From Chiloscyllium plagiosum (Eukaryota), in contig NC_057718.1 in assembly GCF_004010195.1 (NCBI RefSeq), positions 97,219,644 to 97,283,643 of the forward strand: a stretch of 64,000 bases of DNA, in the 5' to 3' direction. The first letter of the stretch is position 1; the number at the start of each line of letters is the position of its first letter. Below are positions 24,168 to 38,217 of this stretch, piece after piece. The notes beneath the pieces are model-generated. The model was not told where the DNA came from and searched no databases. It saw only the letters and a program-made list of their open reading frames with translations. The position numbers and the translations under genes are program-made.

Positions 24168-27100
24168 TCAGCCATGACCAGAATGAATGGTGGTGCTGGC
24201 TCGAAGGGCTGAATGACCTACACCTGCACCTATTGTCTTTTGTCCATTGTTTGCTATGATCTGCCTGCACAGCTCACAAAACAAAGCTTTTCACTGTATT
24301 TAGGTGATTACAATAAAAGACATTTGGATATGTCGATGAATAAGAAAGGTTTGGAAGAAAATTATCCAAGTGCAGGCAGGTGGGACAAATTTAGTTTGGG
24401 ATGATGTTCAGCTTGGACTGAAGGGTCTGTTTCTGTGCTGTATGACTCTCTGACTCTAAATCAAACCAAATGCCCATGTGACATGCAGACAAACAAAATA
24501 GAATAAAATTTGGCGCTTTCAGTTCAGATGAGAAAGAAAATAAAACTCTTGGTTTCAGATAACACTTTCCATAACATAAAATATAGAACTGTACAGTACA
24601 GGCCCTTCGGCCCTCGATATTGTGCCTACTCTATTTTTATCCTACTCTGAGATCAGACTAATCTACAGACCCTTCATTGTACTATCCTCCATGTGCCTAT
24701 CCAAGAGTCGCTTAAATGTCTCTAATATATCTGACTCTATTACCACTGCTGGCGGTGCATTCCATGCACCCACCATTCTCTCTGTAAAGAAACCACTCCA
24801 AGCAATTTATAACTAATGAAGCACTTTGCGATAGCTGTTGTAAGTTCAGAGATTCTGCAGCCAGTCTGCACATGGCACAATCTCACAAATGAGAGTGTCA
24901 TAACCAGCAGATAATCTAACATTGTGTGACTGAGGACTCTACCACCCATCAAGTGCTCCATCTCTGTGGACCACAGCACTGTTCAGTCGACCAGTGAGGC
25001 AATGGGTAATGTTTTTAAACTTGTTAATTTCAGTTTCAGTTCAAAGTTTCTCCAAAGGGAGGTGTCATCAGTGTTGAGATGATATCTTTACGCTTTTGTA
25101 TTTTCTCCCAAATGTAACAGTGAGCCTGTGCCCCTATAAAGTTGCAAATACAGGTTTCTCATTGTTCCCTCCACAGTAGTGCATATCTTGTTTGTAAATT
25201 TGATTATTCTGGCACTCTCTGCTGACTGAGCTATTGTAGCAGTGTGGTTAAAACTGAATCTGTCACCTATTGAATTTTTTCTGAATCCCTCGTCGTAGCA
25301 CTGTACTTTGTACAGAGACTGGATAACAACCAGCTCTGAATGTTTATCAGACAGTTGGGAGTTGACCGCACAATTGCAGCAGCTTATTCAGTAGTTACAT
25401 GTAAACAGTCAGTGGTTAATTGTTGTGCATCGCTGTGTGTTAGACCTCTTCCATCTGGAAATAATGAAACACTCAAATGCTTTTGATCTAGCAGATATGT
25501 TTAAAATTAAAACATTTCTGATGTGATGTTTAATTAACAGAATAATCATCAGCTCGCCTTATTACTAACTTCCTATTAATTGTGCCTTAAGCAATCACAG
25601 TTTGTGATTTTGAACAACCGCAGTTATGGGATTGCTGATATCGAAGGGATCTTCAGGCGGGAAGTGAATGAACATAAAATTCTTAGTCTAAGGCACTGGC
25701 TGAGCCACGGTGCTAGTAAAAAGGTGCACACTGGGCATGATTATAGGTCGGTCCCAGAGAGCATCAACTGCTATTTATCCAGACAACATGAAACTCATAT
25801 TCAGCTACCTCACAATCGTGATTGTACACTGAAGGGTTAGATCACTTGGGGATAGTGACAATTTTAGCAGGGCAATTTTAAAAAGGATAGCAATCCATGA
25901 GAAGCCAACTAGGTTAGCAGCCAAGAGTGATATTGTATGTGCTGTCAAATCGAGTCTGCTCCTCACCGTGAGCTGGATTTGTGGCCCATGACGTCTTTAA
26001 GCATAAGGATCTCCCAGGTCTGCTTTGTCCAGTGTGATAAAGGAAAACCACTCACTGCTCTCAGTAGAAGAGGCTTTCCCTCACTCCCATGCATGTGTTT
26101 ATATTGTCCCTTGTCTCATCTTCCTTTTCGAGATCTGAATGTACTCATGCTCCTTGGCTGTCCCTCCACTTGGTGAATTTTTCTGTTCCTTCACTTCTCC
26201 TTTCCGGTCTTTAGCCACATCGGGGGGCTCACATAATGCAGTTACTTTTTTTATTGCTGCATAATAAACCCTTCTTAGCACCCAGGATGTTTTGTTGTAT
26301 TTGTTCTGGCATGGGTTGTAGGTGTTGCTGGCACCTGCTGCCAGTGTGGGAAGTTGGTGGTGAGTTGTTTGGGTGCAATCTGTCTGGTCTAGGTACCATC
26401 CACAGATATACCCCAAAAAGCAAACCTCAAGTCAATGCATCAGAAGCTGCTCTTTCCATTTGAAATACATTGTCTGAAGAAAGTCTCAACCCTTAACCTC
26501 CGTGCTTCACCCCTTCATCCTTCATGCCTGACCGCACGATATTGTCGAATCTTCTGTTCTGCGATCATAAATAGGAACCATCAGCCTGCAGGTTAAAGCA
26601 CTTCAGTCTGTCTCCCTGCACCTCGTGCTGTCAATGTGTTTTCAGAAGAAGCTGGCTTTGTTTGCTCAAACTCAGTCGAGCTAACGTTCAGTGGATGTCA
26701 TTCCCCTGTGCGTCACAAATCACCCGTTATTCAGCTGCTGTTGATTCTTTGTTGGGGGCGGTTTGTTACACAAGATGCCCTCTTGAACCTCAAAAAAAAC
26801 CAACCTCTATTCAGTCATGAGCCATAGCATAGGCTCATGACTGAATAGGCTCAAAAGGGGTGAATGGCCTAATCCTACTCCTGTTTCCTACAATTCTATG
26901 AGCTGCGGAAGGTTTCCTGTTAACAGGGGAGCAAGAGCGATGCCTGAATCTTCTGCCTACTGCAAGGGGGTGCTGAAGACCTGTCTGTATTGTGTTAGGA
27001 GCTCGGCTCAGATCAGCGAGCTCAACGTGAGCTGGTGAGGTTCCAGGATCACTGTTTGCCAGGTAGTTTCACCAAGCTGTGACTGAAATCAGCATCTTCA

Positions 27101-27489
27101 GAGAATGACTCTCAAGTGGGGAGGAGCAAAAAGAGCTGATTCCAGGATGGAACTGGCAAGAATTCATTCATTCCCAGCATAACTGAGAATCTCTGACCGG
27201 ACCTGGGTGTGCCTCCCCATCGTCCACTGCTTGTGCGTGCCAAGTTTCCACCAGCAATCTGCTTTACTCTGACAATAACACAGGTCAGAGGCCAGGGAAA
27301 CATCTGGACAGCGACCAGGCACATAGTGAATCCTTCCATCCAGCTACTGACTAGCGGGACACTGTGCTGTCCTTATGCTGGGAGCATTACTATTTCAATA
27401 AAATGTTGAGATACTTCTAAGAATTTGGACGATTGGGTTCCAAAGCTGGCAATCCCGAGGTGTTATTTAAAATCAAGGAATTGAAAACA

Positions 27490-28112
27490 TGGCACGGTGG
27501 CTCAGTGGTTAGCACTGCTACCTCACAGCGCCAGGGACCAGGGCTCAATCCCACCTCCGGGCAACTGTCTGTGTGGAGTTTGCACATTCTCCCCATGTCT
27601 GCGTGGTTTGTTCCAGGAGCTCTGGTTTCCTCCCACGTTCCAAAAAATGTGCAGGTTAGGTGATTGGCCATGATCAATTGCCCATAGTCTTAGGTGCATT
27701 AGTAAGCGGGAAATGATTAGATTCCCTAAAGTGTGAAACAGGCCCTTCGACCCAACAAGTCAATTCCGACCCTCTGAAGAGTAACCCACCCAGACCCATT
27801 TCCCTCTGACTAATGCACCTAACACTATGGGCAATTTAGCATGGCCAATTCGTATCTTTGGACTGTAGGAAGAAACCAGAGCACCCAGAGGGGACCCATG
27901 CAGACACGGGGGGAGGAGTGTGCAAACTCCACACACACGGTCACCTGAGGCTGGAATTGAACCTGGGACCCTAGTGCTGTGAGGCAGCAGTGCTAACCAC
28001 TGAGCCACCGTGCCCCCCCCACATAAAGAAATAAGTCTGGTTGAGTTACTCTTTGGAGGGTTGTTGTGGACTTGGTGGGCCAAAGGGCCTGCTTCCACAC
28101 TGTAGGGAATAT
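27490..28112 (+). mobile_element. HE1 V-SINE split by an inverted HE1
   Basis: Head and body at 27490-27714; tail resumes at about 28028-28112. Confidence 0.8.
27715..28019 (-). mobile_element. HE1 V-SINE nested in HE1
   Basis: Complete minus-strand copy; GAAAT on both sides (27710-27714, 28028-28032). Confidence 0.85.
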
Positions 28113-28587
28113 AATAACCTTACTTGACTGCTGTGAAAATAAGATTATTTAATTATTATGAAGTGCTGTCCTTTTGTTTTAATTGCTGACCTTTATTATA
28201 AGCCATCACAGCTGGATAAATCTCAGGGCTACCAACTGATGGCAGGAAGATCTTGTACCGCTCAGGATTAAAGCAAACCTTAGAATTAGATTTTATTGTA
28301 ACATGTACTCAAATACAGGGATACAGGTGCACAGTGAAAACGTTTCTAAAGTCTCCATTCACGGCTCCATCTCAGCCACAAAGGTACTGAGGTATAAATT
28401 CTTCAGTACAAAGTATAAAGAAGGAATTTGCAAATGCAACATTACAGTTCTTATTAAGTAGAGAAATAGGAGAAATAACATTAGAAATTCAACAAGACAG
28501 TCCTTCTTACCTACTTAGCCATTAACTTTAAACAGAAAGAGAGAATTAAATGTTAAACACTCCAGTCTTCCTAATATGCTTTTCCAC

Positions 28588-28920
28588 ATAGGAACAGAAA
28601 TTAGGCCATTCACCCCATCGGGTCTGCTCCACCATTCAGTCATGACTGGTAATTCTCTCAACCCAATCCTCCTGCTTTCTCCCCGTAACCCTTGATCTCC
28701 TTGATATTCAAGAACCTATCTATTTCTGTCTTAAAAATACTCCATGACCTGGCCTCCACACCCTTCTGGAGCAATGAATTCCACAGATACACTTCTCGTT
28801 AGCTGAAGAAGTTTCTCCTTATCTCCGTTCTAAAGGGTCTTCCCTTTACTCTAAGGCTATGCACTCGGGTCCTCGTCTCTTCCACCAAAGGGAACATCTT
28901 CCCAACATCCACTCTGTCCA
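28588..28920 (-). mobile_element. CR1-clade LINE 3' end
   Basis: Complement of GGAAGACCCTTTAGAACGGAGATAAGGAGAAACTTCTTCAG and a CR1-type tail. Confidence 0.75.
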
Positions 28921-29839
28921 GGGTGGGGGAGCCAGTATTGAACTGGGGTTACTTATTAGTAAAGTATCATATCTACAGTTACTTCGTACTCTGTTTACTT
29001 TTGGTATTCTCTCTTTGTTTGACTGTCCCCTTCTCAGAAGACCACCAGTTGGAGTGAAAATCGGCCATTCAGCCCATCTGCGTCTGCTCAACCATTCAAT
29101 GAAATCATTGTTTATCCTTTTCTGTCTTTCCCCATCACTCTTGATTCCATTTCCGATTAAACATTTTTCCCCATATTGCAGGTTGTGACTTGTGAAACTC
29201 CCTCTTGACTGAAAGAGTGATGGAAGCAGTCTTTAATTTTTTGTAAACTGGAGATACACCAATCCATGAGTGGCACGGGGGATAAATAGTTACCGTGGAT
29301 CAATGTGGAGTAACCCGATCAATCGAAGATGTGTTGAATGATGCAGCAAGCTCAGGGCCGAATGGCCTACTCCTTCTAATGTTTATGTGTGTATGTAGGA
29401 AGCTGCATAATTCATGACAACACAAAGGCCTATTTGTAAATGGTTCCTCTGGCAACCATTTTACCTCAGCCCAGACATTTACACTCAAAGCACTGGGCCT
29501 AGGAATAATTATAATATTTTCAATAATTAAAAAGCGATTTAAAATATATTGCTTAAGAATATAGTGGGCAAAGGAAAGAGTGTTAAAGGAGAGAGGTTGT
29601 GCATGATACAGGAGAAACTGGGCTAGTGTTTGTTGTGTTTCTGAGTAATCTCTCTGGGGGCAGCATGAGGATTAAAAGATGTGAGGGAAGGAGATCTTGA
29701 GAGTACCTCCAACATTGCAGCACTCCCACAGTGTTCAGTGAATTTGGTGTTCAAGCCCTGGAGTGGGACTTGAACTCACCACGTCTAAATCAGACATTAG
29801 CTGGCTGCTTTCAGCGGTCCAGCCTAAAATCGAAGGGCC

Positions 29840-30100
29840 AGCAGATGGTGGAATTTGAATTTACTTAAAATATTGAGAGACGAATGATGACCATGAAGCC
29901 ATTGTTGATTGTGGGGCAAAACCCATCTGATTCATTAATTCCCTTTAGGGAAGGAAACTGCCATCTTACCTGATCTGGCCTTTATGTGACTCCAGACTCT
30001 CAGTAATGTGGGTCACTCTTAACCATCCTCTGAGCAATTAGGGATGGGCAATAAATGCAGGCCTAGCCAGAACACCCTCATCCCGTGAATGAATTAAAAA
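29840..30100 (+). mobile_element. tRNA-derived SINE family 2 (3' part)
   Basis: CCCTTTAGGGAAGGAAACTGCC..GTGACTCCAGAC..TAGGGATGGGCAATAAATGC..GAATGAAT. Confidence 0.75.
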
Positions 30101-31422
30101 AAAACCATTGTGCCAACTGAGTTTAGACCTGTCAAAATGGAACTTCCCAGAAGCATAGGCCTGAAGCAACGAAACAAGTCCCCGTTCCATCTGCCTCTCA
30201 TACAAACCAAAGGGAGTTGAAACTGTTCCTCTGGTGCATTAGGCTTACCAGGACTGAGTTTGAACCTGGTTGGTATGGCAAAACAAAAGGCCTTTGATGT
30301 GCATCTGGCTTCATTGGAAACGCCTAACGGTTGAACTGGAAGAAGCTCCATTCCTCAATAAGACCATCTCTGGTAGCGATGAGCCGTAGGAGCCATGAAG
30401 CAAGTTAACATTTGTCCCATTGGTTATGATGTCTATGGCTGTTATAATGGACACATTAACAGATCTCCAACTGCTTCACTCACTGGGGTGTGCGTTTTGT
30501 CACTGGGGTTCACAGTTGTGTGAGTTGGTAGCGTACTGTCAGGATGGCTGCATAACTCTGAAACCTACAGGCAATTAGCAGTTGTATTTAATTGTGAATT
30601 ACTCCCTTCTGAACTTCTCTTGTCCCAGTTTGAACTGATCTGAAGATGATGAATAATTGGCTGCCCAGCACCAGCATTTCCTTAGTGACTAACTGCAATA
30701 CCAGGAAGTAATGACTCAGGGTGGAACGTCTTATCCATAAATAACTGGCTTCATGAATAAACATCGCCTCACGGATATTATTCCTGAGTTAAGATTGCTG
30801 CTACTTAGTGCTTTTAGACAATTGTGAGGCATTCACTTATTCCAAAACTGACCCCTGAAGGTAGATGAGCCACTGTGAATCATCCATCTTCTGTTATTTG
30901 ACGTTTTCCCCCACCAGTTGTCGCTTCTTAGTAAATCTGATCCACTGTTGAAGTCTGTGACACATGCTGTCTCTGCACAGCATTTATCTGTTAGCTGCAA
31001 ATGTCTGGAGTTTCTATTCTCAGTCTGGAGTACTGGGTGCAGTTCTGGCCTCCTCACCCAAGGAAGGATGATCTGAGTGTGGAAGAGGTGAATGTTTTCC
31101 AGACTGATCACTGGGATGACTGGACTGACATATGTGGAGAGACTGGATTGGTTAGGATTTTATTCACTCAGGTTTAGAAGAATGAGGAGGGGAGGGGGGG
31201 GATCTCATAGAGACCAATACAATTCTAACAGGACTAGACAGGGTTAGACAGGAAGGATTGTTTCAAATAACTGGCAAGTCCAGAGGTTTGGGGTCACAGT
31301 CTAAGGGTACAGAGGAGAAATGTCTTCACCCTGAGATGAATGGTGAGCCTGTTGACTTCTCTGCCACAAAAAGGCGGTTGAGGCGAAGCATTGAATGTTT
31401 TCAAGGAGGAGTAGATACAATA

Positions 31423-32267
31423 ATAGAGTCTTGGAGATGTACAGCATGGAAATAGACCCTTCGGCCAACCAGTCCATGCTGACCAGATATCCCAACCCAA
31501 TCTAGTCCCACCTGCCAGCACCCGGCCCATATCCCTCCAAACCCTTCCTATTCATATACCCATCCAAATGCCTCTTAAATGTTGTAATTGTCCCAGCCTC
31601 CACCACTTCCTCTGGCAGCTCATTCCATACATGTACCACCCTCTGCGTGAAAAAAGTTGCCCCTCAGGTCCCTTTTATATATTTCCCCTCTCACCCTAAA
31701 CCAATGCCCTCTAGTTCTGGACTCCCCCACCCTCAGGAAAAGATTTTGTCTATTTATGCTATCCATGCCCCTCATGATTTTATAAACTTCTATAAGGTCA
31801 CCCCTCAGTCTCCGACGCTTCAGGGAAAACAGCCCCAGCCTATTCAACCTAACCCTATAACTCAAATCCTCTAACCCTGGCAACATCTTATAAATCTTTT
31901 CTGAACCTTTTCAAGTTTCACAATATCCTTCCGAAAGGAAGTAAACCAGAATTGCAGGCAATATTCCAACAGTGGCCTAACCAATGTCCTGTACAGCCTT
32001 AACATGACTTCTCAACTCCTGTACTCAATGCTCTGACCAAAAAGGAAAGCATACCAAACGTCGTCTTCACTTCCTATCTACCTGTAACTCCACTTTCAAG
32101 GAGCTATGAACCTGCATTCTACATTCCCTAGGACCTTACCATTAAATGTATAAGTCCTGCGAAGATTTGCTTTCCCAAAATGCAGTACCTCGCATTTATC
32201 TAAATTAAACTCCATCTGCCATTTCTCAGCCCATTGGCCCATCTGGTCAAGATCCTGTTGTAATCTT
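31423..32267 (-). mobile_element. HER1-like LINE 3' fragment inserted in an older plus-strand CR1 (31020-32395)
   Basis: MLPGLEDLSYRVRLNRLGLFSLKRRRLRGDLIEVYKIM; the host CR1 resumes at CTTAGGAATCAAAGGGTATGGGG. Confidence 0.9.
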
Positions 32268-33304
32268 CTTAGGAATCAAAGGGTATGGGGAGAAAGTGGG
32301 AACAGGGGACTGAGTTGGTTGATCAGCCGTGATCATATTGAATGATGGAGTGTGCTCAAAGGGCAGAATGGACTACCCCGCTCCTATTTTCTGTTGGGTA
32401 AATGGGAAGGACCAGAATGTGAGACCGCAGAGGTTGTGTTCTACATAGTATCTCATCTCACTGGCTGTGATCCTATGTGCATTGGGAACGCAAGGGGAAT
32501 AAACGCTTGGAGAGCACCCTGAATTGTAACACGATTAATATTGCTAGACGCAATCTCTCAGAGAGATGTGGTCCTTCCATGACAGGATAGAGACCCTTGT
32601 TTGTTCTTATAAAGTGGCCAATAATCAGGTTTGAACTTCAATCTGGAGGAAATCACAATCAAGCCTGATCTGAGCAGGCCACTGGTCAAGTCCATTGAGA
32701 TAAAGATAAAGTCACCATCGTTCTAGTGGACCATAGGGCTGCTCTCCTGTTAGTGACAGACAGTTGGCTGTGGGTGTAACCTGAGGGGCACCACACTTCA
32801 GGGTGAGGTTGAGAAGGGGGGACCTTCATGGTAACCCCAGCTGGTACAGGAGTTGGGCTCATTTGCTGATTGCACCCACTCTGCATTTTGCAGCCATTGA
32901 GCTAACTGCGGGCCCCCCGCCCAATCTCTTGAGATATAACGTCATGAAAAGGATAACGGGGGCACCTCTGGAGGTGTGTCACCTTGTAACCTAATTACGG
33001 TTTTGGTTTATTCATTTTTTGGGACGTGGAAGTTGCTGGTATTGTCAGCATTCGCTGCCCATCCCTAATTACCCTGGAGTGGCCTGCAGGGCTTTATTGG
33101 AGGGCAGCCCACAATCAACCACATCACTGTGGGTCTGGATTCACAGGTAGGCCCGACCAAGAATCAATGGCAGGTTGTTTTCTGAGAGACTGTAGTGGGC
33201 CAGATGGGTTGCTTTGACAAATGACAACGTCACCGTGAGACTCGGGTGGGCTTTTTTATTTTAGAAATGCCCACTGTGGGATTTGTACCCTCACTCCCCA
33301 GAGC

Positions 33305-33645
33305 ATAAGAGGCATGGATAGTATTAGTAGACACTGTCTTTTCCGTGGGGTGGGGGAGTCCAGAACTAGAGGGATAGGTTTACGGTGAGAGGGGGAACAT
33401 ATAAAGGGACATAAAGGGCAGCTTCTTCACGCAGAGGGTGGTGTGTGTGTGGAATGAGCAGCCAGAGGAAGTGGTGGAGGCTGGTACAATTACAACATTT
33501 AAAAGGCATCTGGATGGGTATAAGAATAGGAAGGGTTTAGAGGGATTTGAGCCAAGTGCTGACAAATGGGACTAAATTAGGTTAGGGTAACTGGTTGGCA
33601 TGGACAAGTTGGACCAAAGGATCTCGATGGTCCTATCTATGACTC
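33305..33645 (+). mobile_element. HER1-like LINE 3' end inside SINE family 2 (33010-33705)
   Basis: GAGTCCAGAACTAGAGGG..GGAATGAGCAGCCAGAGGAAGTGGTGGAGGC..CTATGACTCTA. Confidence 0.85.
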
Positions 33646-36600
33646 TAATTAGCCGAAGCCTCTGGATTACTAATCCAATGACATTACCACTATGCCACCA
33701 TCTTCCCACGGTGCTTCAGTTGGATACCAATGAGGGGTTGGACTTGAAAATAGAGATTTTAGCCCAGAGTTCCTGGTGTTACAAGTATTTTAAAAACAAA
33801 CAACTTCCTCACCAAAGGAGTTGACTCCTGAGTTGATGGACAATTCCAAGTACGTTAGTGCCTCCTGCCCGGCCCTGCAGATTGTGTGTTGGATACGCGG
33901 TGACACATAGATGGCACTCCTTCCAAGAAAGTAGGCCATGCCATCATGGAGCCTGCCATCTGCTTTTCCCTTCTGCTCTTCGTCAGCTGATTTAAAAAAA
34001 AAGTCTCCAAATCTCTGCCATGCGTTGTTCAGGTTGGAACCTGAGCAGATCCGCAACTCTCGACGGTGGCCCTGTGCCGGAATGTTCCAACACTCTGGCT
34101 TCACAAATGTGGAGCATCTTTATTGCAGCATCGTATAATTCATTGATGGTTATACCATGTGTCCCTCACTGAGTTTCTATGGCCCAGGATAAAGTCTCCA
34201 GCTTGATTCTGTATCAACTCTGAGCTTGGCACGGTGCCAGAGAATCTACTGGGTTGCTCTCGTTATCAGTAAAGCATCAGCAAGCTTCCAACTCTGCCAG
34301 TCTCTCACACACCCTGCTGTCAATGTCACTGTGAAGGCTGATGTGGCAGTGTTGCCTCCTGTGGTCAAGGAACCTGTCGGTCAAGTCTAGAACCGTGTAG
34401 CCCTGTGAGACAACTTGACACCTTCAAAGGAAACAGAGGAGGAGGTGTAGGTAAGGGATGGCTACCAGGACAACATGCTGTATCAACAACCCAGGAGGAC
34501 CAGCCACAGCTCAGTACCAGTGGTGGGTGGGGGGGGGGGGGAGGTGGGTGTGTAGAATAGAGAAAACAGCAAGGACTTTGAGGCAAGAGTCAGAGAGGGG
34601 AACATGATCATTAGCGAAGACACATTTCAGTGCAACTTGTGTAAGTGCAACCCAAGCATTTGTTCTGGCTGTTGTCTGAATCAGTGAGGCATTGATTAAT
34701 GGTGGCTCGCAATCTGGCACTAAGTTCAGCTTTTCCATTCACAGACAGCTGCTGCAAAGTTACCTTAATGACCCAGGCTGGCATGAATGAAGATTGCTGA
34801 GGGGGTGAGGGGAAGAGTGTGTAATCTGCTTGTGTCAGCATTAAATGAGTGATCTTTGAGACTAGTTGTCTTGTACGCTGCCAAATGGCGAAGCTTCAGA
34901 TAGGATTGACTTGTCTCGCACTTCTGACAGTATTGGAACCGCAGTATGTTCAATCGACTTCGGAGTGTTCGTGTGTGCACATGAATTGCACAAGGCACTT
35001 ATTTTGTCTGTGCTAAATGGTATTTTCTCAGCAGCTTGTAATAAATACTAAAGGTTGAGTTGTTGCCAATAAACCCACCAGATAAGGCTGTACATATGCA
35101 CGATCCAGCAAGGCTCGCAAGAAATGAAATGAATATTGGCTGTTCCTGTCTCAGGCCTAGAGACACTGAGATCAATTAAATGATTCAGTTGATAGAAGGG
35201 ACTTGGGGTGAGGAGGATTATTTAATAAAGGAATTAAGTCTTACTGTGTGATATGCTAATGCGATAGGAGATACATCATTGCAGGAGGTTAAGTGATCGT
35301 TCTGTCTTGTAGCCTTGTGGCAAGATGAAGCAAAAGGATGATGTTTCTCTCCTGTGGTTAACATTTCCCTTACCTCTGCAGTCTCTGTACATATTCATTA
35401 GCAGCAAGACATGATTTAAAAAGATTGTAAATTGTGACAACTTTGACCGCTCAGAGTCTAGGCTGAGAGCAGTTAACGCAGCATAATATCTAGGATTAAA
35501 CTTCAGAGTGTCCTTTTCACTAGGCCAGGTGATCCAAGTTCAAGACCCATGTGCTCCCGAGGTGTATTAGAACATTTCTGAACCGGTTGATTAAAAATGC
35601 CCTGGGTTCTCCATGGTGTTTAGCACAGTGGAAGCAACCCTACCTCAGGGCCAGAAAGTGTAGGTTCAAGTCCCACCAGCCCAGAGGCATAATATTACCA
35701 TTTTGGAGCAATTAGGTTAAAACATTGCTTTGCTGTGGAAGGAATTGCACACTGCAGGTCTACACAACACACGTTTAACATGGTTCATGGACTCCTAGGT
35801 CTCTTGTATTCTGTACGGCCTCAAGGAGCCTGGTTTTAATCTTTTGAGGGTGCTGCTGCCAAACGTCTGGTTGAAATTCATCCCTGCGATGAGATTTGCT
35901 GCTTCTTGATGCTCAGGAGATGGCCATGTCAGAGGGATTCTTTGTGAGTCTATTTCTGAACCTCGGACAAAGTCCAAGTCCAGGCAGTGGGCTACGGATC
36001 AGGACCCTACACCCAATGCCTGACCCTTCTCTACTGGTTATGACTGTGTCAGCCAGGCAAGAGAGTAGAGGAATCTTCGGTTTGTGTCACACGGGACCCA
36101 AAAGCATTTGATGCTGTTCAAAGATTTTTGACACAAAGGTTGTTGCCATGCTCATTTACCTCAGAGAGCACAAGATCCAAAAGCAAATGCCACACGAGCT
36201 TTAAGCTCTGAGAGACCACCCTTCCGCCTCACTTTGGTTACTGAGTCGTGATCGAAACAACAGTTTGAGGTTACTATATTTTCTGACAGCTGTCAGACTA
36301 ATCTGAGCGCCCAAGTGCTGATTTCCCTTTGCTGACCTGCAACATAACCTGCCACCAGTCAATGGAAAGCGTGGGATGGCCGGAAAAGAAATAGTGAGGT
36401 CCAAAACTTGCAATGTGGGATCTGTTTCCCCAGTATTGGCAACCTTGGGGTCAATTTTATGACACAATTGCAGAAGCAATTTCACATTTTAAATTAGAGA
36501 CCATTAGAGAGAGAGAGGTTACTGAAGCTTTACGCAAAGGGAGTTTTTTTTTCCTCTTCCTATGTACAATGATTGATTTCTGAAGCTTTAGATTGTAAGA

Positions 36601-37096
36601 TAACGTGTCATCTGCCTGCTATTAGCATTGTACAGGTTTGCAATGTGTTTTACTGGGAGCAGGCTGTGAATACTGTGGCCGTAATTTTTATTTCTGTTTC
36701 ACGGTTTTAAATGTAACACCTTTGCTGCATTTTTGATTCCTCTGCCAATGTAATAGGACCTCAGTTTGTCCTGCCAAGTCAATACAGGTGAGGGATCGTG
36801 ACTTCACTTCAACTCCTCAATCTCGGCATTCCTTTGATAATGTGCTCTGCAACTCAATACAGTTGGCAGCAAGTTCTTTACTGCTTGAAAGTTACTGTTA
36901 GGTAACCCATTCCATTCGACAAGGTTCCACATAGTAGGCTGGTTATAAGACCATAAGACATAGGAGTGGAAGTAAGGCCTTTCGGCCCATCGAGTCCACT
37001 CCGCCATTCAATCATGGTTGATGGGCATTTCAACGCCACTTACCCGCACTCTCCCCGTATCCCTTAATTCCTTTGAGATTAAGAATTTATCAATCG

Positions 37097-38217
37097 CTGG
37101 TTAGCAAGGTTAGATCACATGGAACCCAGAGAGAGCGAGCCATTTGGATACAAAATTGGCTCAAAGGTAGAAGACAGAGGGTGGTGGTGGAGGGTTGTTT
37201 TTCAGACTGGAGGCCTGTGACCAGTGATTTGCCACAAAGATCGGTGCTGGGTTCACTATTTTTTATCATTTATATAAATGATTTGGATGTGAACATAGGA
37301 GGTATGGTTAGTTAGTTTGCAAATGACACCAAAATTGGAGGCATAGTGGACAGTGAGGGAGGTTATGTCAGAGTACAACAGGACCTTGATCAGATGGGCC
37401 AATGGGCTGAGGAGTGGCAGATGGAATTTAATTTAGATAAATATGAGGTGCTGCATTTTGGAAAGGCAAATCAGGGCTGGACTTATACACTTAATGGTAA
37501 GGTCCTGGGGAGTGTTGCTGAACAAAGAGACCTTGGAGTGCAGGTTCATAGCTCCTTGAAAGTTGAGTGGCAGGTAGATAACTTAGTGAAGAGGACATTT
37601 GGTACACATTTCTGTATTGGTCAGTGCACTGTATTTAGGAGTTGGAAGGTCACATTGCAGCTGTACAGGATATTGGTTAGGCACTTTTGGAATGCTGCAT
37701 TCAATTCTGGTCTCCCTGCAATAGGAAAGATGTTGTTAAACTTGAAAGGGTTCAGAAAAGATTTTCAAGGATGTTGCCAGGGTTGGAGGATTTGAGCTAC
37801 AGGGAAAGGTTAATAGGCTAGGGCTGTTTTTCCTGAAGCATCGGGCACTGAGGGGTGACCTTATAGAAGTTTATAAAATCGTGAGAGACATGGGATAGGG
37901 TAAATATTCAAGGATTGGGGAGTCCAAAACTAGAGGACATAGGTTAAAGTGAGAGAGGTAAGATTTAAAAGGGATGTAAGGGACAATGTATTATGCAGAG
38001 GATGGTTGTGTATGGAAATGAGCTGTCAGAGGAAATGGTGGAGGCTGGTACAATTACAGCATTTAAAAGGCAGCTGAATGTGTATATGAATTGGAAGGGT
38101 TTAGAGGGATATGGGCCAAATGCTGGCAAATAGGACGAGATTAATTTAGGATATATGGCCAGCATGGATGAGCTGGACCGAAGCGTCTGTTTCCATGATA
38201 TACATCTCTATGACTCT
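37097..38217 (+). mobile_element. HER1-like LINE 3' fragment including RT motifs
   Basis: WIQNWLKGRRQRVVV, LPQRSVLGSLFFIIYINDL, FANDTK, LGVQVHSSLK; stops and frameshifts. Confidence 0.92.
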
